Positions 60,718 through 64,000 of a stretch of 64,000 nt of DNA are shown in pieces (position 1 is the stretch's first letter; each line of letters starts with the position of its first letter). Location of the stretch: positions 92,636-156,635 of IMG/VR virus record IMGVR_UViG_3300012953_000014. One strand, given 5' to 3'. The DNA comes from a virus. Under the pieces are notes generated by a model. It worked only from the letters and a program-made list of their open reading frames with translations. It had not been told where the DNA came from and did no database searches. A program made the translations under genes and the position numbers.

Positions 60718-60746
60718 ATAGTATCATTTCTCTTCTTTATTGTCAA
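60718..60746 (-). promoter_or_regulatory. Sigma70-type promoter
   Basis: TTGACA-N17-TACTAT with TGn extension, overlapping the stop of the upstream gene. Confidence 0.7.
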
Positions 60747-61095
60747 CCTCTTCTACAAAATAGTTATCAATATCATGTTTTCTCAATAAAAGATTAAAAT
60801 TGTTTTCTTGAAGCCCTAAGAATCTAGCTGCTTCCCTTTTCGAACGAGTAGCAGACATCGCATACTTCAACACAGCATCTTTGACAATGGTTCTTAATGA
60901 ATACCATATGGGCAAACCATACATTTTTCCATTTAATCCAAATTTAGATGCCAGTTCAAGCTTGAGTCCAATAACCTCCTCTAAGGAAAGATTATTAAAA
61001 AGAATCTCAAATTCTTCACTAGACTTACCCTCTTTCCTTAGTTTATTGGAGAGAGAATAAAATCTATTTTTTCCATTATTCTTTTTCTTGATCAT
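60724..61095 (-). CDS. Hypothetical protein with C-terminal Fis-like helix-turn-helix
   Basis: AVLKYAMSATRSKREAARFLGL......LLRKH resembles the Fis/NtrC HTH. Confidence 0.6.
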   Translation of the reverse strand: MIKKKNNGKNRFYSLSNKLRKEGKSSEEFEILFNNLSLEEVIGLKLELASKFGLNGKMYGLPIWYSLRTIVKDAVLKYAMSATRSKREAARFLGLQENNFNLLLRKHDIDNYFVEEVDNKEEK

Positions 61096-61351
61096 TTGCA
61101 ATCCCTAAAATGCCATAACCAGCAATATCCTTAAAAGGATTTTCACCAAAGGCATCTTTTTTTGTTGCTATTCTGAATAACTTATCAACAATCCTAGTGA
61201 TTGCTAACATGTCTTTATATTGATCTGGTTTTATACCTTCTGGATATAAAACTTTAAGTATTTGTTCTGATTTTTCAAAAGAACTACCATAAGCAGTGTT
61301 CTTTTCGTCTACAAGTTTCCCGATGTCGGTTCCGATTTTTTCAAATTTCAC
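61076..61351 (-). CDS. DUF1599-like helical protein (possibly nucleotide-modification associated)
   Basis: KNTAYGSSF...RIVDKLFRI...DIAGYGIL; GTG 61351 follows GAGG (track start 61501 overlaps the upstream gene). Confidence 0.55.
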   Translation of the reverse strand: MKFEKIGTDIGKLVDEKNTAYGSSFEKSEQILKVLYPEGIKPDQYKDMLAITRIVDKLFRIATKKDAFGENPFKDIAGYGILGIANDQEKE

Positions 61352-61358
61352 GAATGCC

Positions 61359-62279
61359 TCATTGAATAAGCTCTTCGCCGCCGAGTCCTCCACCAAGTCC
61401 CCCAGCGAGTTCATCATCATCTTCGCCTTCTTCTTTTTCTGACTCATATTCGTCAGTAGTTGGTTCAATAACGGCTCCAAGTTCACTCTCCCATTTATCA
61501 AAGTATAGTTTAAGGTTTGTAATCAAATAATCAGTAAAGAGTCTTTGATCTTTCTCATCACTTAGTATACCATATGTTTCAATAATATTTTTCTCAATTT
61601 TATCAAAAGATTTTTGTGCCATTGCTCGACCGGTCTCGTCCTGACCTTCAATGCCAAAAGTGTCTACTTCTTCTTCAGGCTCTTCTCCAATAGATGGGTC
61701 AATATCAATAAACTTGTCGTCTTCCAAACCTTCTTCATCAGTAACTTTAATGCTAATTTCATCTTCTTGTTCATCCAGTTGTCCGACAGCAATCATGTCG
61801 CTGTCTTTGTTGATATCTTCAGTTTCAATTGTTGTAGAAGCAGCATTTACAATGTGAGCCCTAAATGAATCTCTTTGAGATTTTTTAGTTGTTAGTGTTT
61901 TGTAGTCGGTTTCTAAATTTGGAAGAATAGATTTTAACAACTCTTCCAAAATATTAATAGCAGTTGAGGCATGTGGTGCATCTTCCACATCCTTGTTAGC
62001 TTCCTTGATTAAGCGGCGGATAACCCCGCGAAGTTGTAAGATTTCTGACTTTCGTTTTTCTTCTTGAAGGAGTTTTTCATTTTTTAGTTCGTGAATCATC
62101 TCCCTTATAACTCCACGGAGTTGCATCTCCTCAATAAAAGAAGCCCTGCTTGTGTAAAAACCTTCAGGCATATTCAAATGTTCCTCGTCGTCGTCCTTTC
62201 TGAGTGAACTGGCATGGCCTTGTACGGCACCAGATCCCATAGTTGAATCTTCTTCGAGATTTTCTTCTTTTTTAATCAT
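61359..62279 (-). CDS. Acidic hypothetical protein, possible prohead/core component
   Basis: Very E/D-rich; QLRGVIR repeated twice; ends GGLGGGLGGEELIQ. Confidence 0.6.
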   Translation of the reverse strand: MIKKEENLEEDSTMGSGAVQGHASSLRKDDDEEHLNMPEGFYTSRASFIEEMQLRGVIREMIHELKNEKLLQEEKRKSEILQLRGVIRRLIKEANKDVEDAPHASTAINILEELLKSILPNLETDYKTLTTKKSQRDSFRAHIVNAASTTIETEDINKDSDMIAVGQLDEQEDEISIKVTDEEGLEDDKFIDIDPSIGEEPEEEVDTFGIEGQDETGRAMAQKSFDKIEKNIIETYGILSDEKDQRLFTDYLITNLKLYFDKWESELGAVIEPTTDEYESEKEEGEDDDELAGGLGGGLGGEELIQ

Positions 62280-62526
62280 TCTTATCTTCCTGAAGGACAT
62301 TTACTTGCTCTTCTAATGTAATAATCTGTTCTTGCATTCTCCTGGCTGCTCGACGCAATTCTGCAAGATTGTGTTTCATAACCTCAATACGCCTTTCCTC
62401 AGATAAAGAACGAGGTTTAAGAGCATTTACATTTTCAGAAAGAGCTTGAATCCAACTAACAATAGTCGGACCCCTGCCTTCATTCATTATAAAATCTCTT
62501 GTTAGTGAGCGTAAATCGATTTTCAT
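62272..62526 (-). CDS. Small coiled-coil hypothetical protein
   Basis: 84-aa ORF with AAGGA RBS and heptad-like C-terminus. Confidence 0.7.
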   Translation of the reverse strand: MKIDLRSLTRDFIMNEGRGPTIVSWIQALSENVNALKPRSLSEERRIEVMKHNLAELRRAARRMQEQIITLEEQVNVLQEDKND

Positions 62527-62535
62527 TGGTTATCC

Positions 62536-62694
62536 TTAGAACCAACCTTTTTTCTTTGGTTCTTCTTCTTCTTTTTCTTCGGCTTCGGGAGCTGCTGGAG
62601 CTTCCGGTTGAGGTGCAGGCTCTAATGATTCTTCAACTACTTCTTGAACTTCTTCCTCATTCAAGATCATTGTTCTTTTTTTTCTATTTTTCAT
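62536..62694 (-). CDS. 52-aa acidic/Pro-rich peptide (below ORF track cutoff)
   Basis: MKNRKKRTMILNEEEVQEVVEESLEPAPQPEAPAAPEAEEKEEEEPKKKGWF*; AAGG RBS; fills the gap between two genes. Confidence 0.7.
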   Translation of the reverse strand: MKNRKKRTMILNEEEVQEVVEESLEPAPQPEAPAAPEAEEKEEEEPKKKGWF

Positions 62695-62706
62695 ATTATA
62701 ATACCT

Positions 62707-63693
62707 TTATTTAATGATTTTCATCCAACGCTTCATCAGTGCTTCATTAAGCTCTTTTCTTGCTTTGGTACGAATGTCGTGATCTTGTGGAAAATATGAC
62801 TCATTTACTTCTTCAGTAGCGTCATTGTCTTCTTCCAACTCTTCTTTTTCTTCGTTTACTTCTTCTTTAGCTTCCACGACTTCTTCTTTTTCTTCGTTTA
62901 CTTCTTCCTTGTCTTCCTCAAGCTCTTCCTTGGCTTCAACAACTTCTTCTTTAGATTCTTCGATTTCCTCTTTAGATTCTTCGATCTCCTCTTTTGCTTC
63001 AGTAGCAAGGCCCATATCGACTGTTTGATCAGAATCTGCTCCTGTCGCGCTTGCAGCTGCCGCTTGAGCCTTTTCTTCACCTGCTTCTGCGGTCTCCATG
63101 CCTTCTGGATTTGTATCAATCGCTGCCTCTGTTAAGTCATCGTTGAACATTTCTTGGATGACACCTTTAATAATCTCTCTTAGTCGAGACTCTGTAATTT
63201 GATTTTTCATTTTTTCTCCTTCAACCATCCGTCCGCCGACCACCGAAGTTGTCATTGGGGGTGTGTAATGTGTGCTAGTAAATAGTGGTTTAGCACCCTT
63301 ATTTTTTAAATTATCTTCCCAATCACGGAAGATCATATTTCCACATTCATACGCTTCTCTTTCCATTTCTCTCAAATGACCATCTTCTTGAGCATATCCA
63401 GCAACGGTAGCAGCACCGTTATCGAAGTCTCCTCGACAGTTTTGTTTGTGATGCACGAGTTCATGTGCTAAGGAACGTAGAATATCTTTAATATGCCTTC
63501 CTTGAGTGTAAAGTGCAATCTTATGTTCGCTTGGGGAATAGTGTGCTGTCTTTCCAAGAGGGTTTTTCGCATTGTCATCATTCTTCATAACAACAATAGA
63601 AACATCAGGTTTAAACCCAAGTTTCTCTTTGGCAGTCTCATAAAGACTTTTCATCAATGGCTGATATTTATATATTCTTCCTGCTTCAGACAT
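62707..63693 (-). CDS. Zincin-like (HExxH) domain protein with acidic heptad-repeat tail
   Basis: RSLAHELVHHKQ...MEREAY, then QITESRLREIIK and KEE(I/V/L)xEx repeats. Confidence 0.7.
   Translation of the reverse strand: MSEAGRIYKYQPLMKSLYETAKEKLGFKPDVSIVVMKNDDNAKNPLGKTAHYSPSEHKIALYTQGRHIKDILRSLAHELVHHKQNCRGDFDNGAATVAGYAQEDGHLREMEREAYECGNMIFRDWEDNLKNKGAKPLFTSTHYTPPMTTSVVGGRMVEGEKMKNQITESRLREIIKGVIQEMFNDDLTEAAIDTNPEGMETAEAGEEKAQAAAASATGADSDQTVDMGLATEAKEEIEESKEEIEESKEEVVEAKEELEEDKEEVNEEKEEVVEAKEEVNEEKEELEEDNDATEEVNESYFPQDHDIRTKARKELNEALMKRWMKIIK
62825..63000 (-). repeat. Imperfect 21-bp coding tandem repeat (about 8 units)
   Basis: Encodes KEEIEES KEEIEES KEEVVEA KEELEED KEEVNEE KEEVVEA KEEVNEE KEELEED. 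Confidence 0.85.
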
Positions 63694-63715
63694 GATTGCT
63701 TTAATAATTAGTTGG

Positions 63716-64000
63716 CTAAATGAGTAAAATCACTAATATCCACCACATTATTAAAGCAATATAAAAACCGGACAAAAAATATAGACAATATCTTGAAAAT
63801 TTTCTGCTCCGATTTGCAAATAAGAACAAAGTAAAGATTGTCGGGAGAAATATCTTAACAAAAGCAAAAAGACTGGCATCAGTTTGCAACAGGAGGTCCA
63901 TTATGGGATTACCTTCGTCTAAAGGACCATATTTTATGTATTTTATTGTAAAAAATGTATCTAAAAGATTAGCACTGATAAGTGAGATGGTAGCGAATAA
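63716..64000 (-). CDS. Small multi-pass membrane protein, DUF5658-like (5' end outside the window)
   Basis: The frame of the 61-aa track ORF stays open to 64000: ...NLLDTFFT...DEGNPIMDLLL.....FAFVK... followed by hydrophobic helices. Confidence 0.65.
   Translation of the reverse strand, partial: LFATISLISANLLDTFFTIKYIKYGPLDEGNPIMDLLLQTDASLFAFVKIFLPTIFTLFLFANRSRKFSRYCLYFLSGFYIALIMWWILVILLI

Noticed and set aside
911-63711. Many 60-160 aa ORFs in the track that are antisense to or nested in long genes (e.g. 953..1399, 38587..39075)
   Set aside because: They are shadow ORFs of the real minus-strand genes with no recognisable motifs; those at 911-1399 lie within the long ORF 1..2894.
1-64000. 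Stop-codon reassignment as in some large phages
   Set aside because: Genes are full length in code 11 with near-complete coding density, and TAA, TAG and TGA all end genes at tight junctions.

Overview
This is a fragment of a large tailed bacteriophage genome (contractile-tail type, standard code 11, Shine-Dalgarno sites, sigma70-type promoters). It is gene-dense and almost entirely on the minus strand. Four blocks are visible. (1) ~1-32.5 kb is a virion/baseplate block: T4 gp6-like and gp25-like wedge proteins, a 3269-aa LamG-containing protein, a DNRLRE-like protein, a 2533-aa unknown, a probable spike and an OB-fold/M23 peptidase. (2) ~32.5-34.3 kb holds a gp55-like sigma factor and an FmdB-type zinc ribbon. 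(3) ~34.3-54.9 kb is an uninterrupted run of 22 glycan genes: gmd, fcl, rfbB, rfbH, a split transketolase, a sugar-phosphate cyclase/SDR/class III aminotransferase/SIS/cytidylyltransferase module and about ten soluble glycosyltransferase-like genes, with no flippase or polymerase. (4) ~54.9-64 kb has a Cas4-like nuclease, PIN-PhoH, proteases, a J-domain protein, a 244-nt minimal tmRNA (tag ANDNVALSLAA), a candidate structured RNA and acidic putative head proteins. The best candidate for an undescribed system is phage-encoded virion glycosylation: two baseplate-region proteins are strongly and selectively enriched in the tripeptide [S/T]-[G/A]-S, a possible sequon for the adjacent glycan island, which may make an unusual carbocyclic or branched sugar. 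All protein calls come from motif recognition by eye; no database searches were run.
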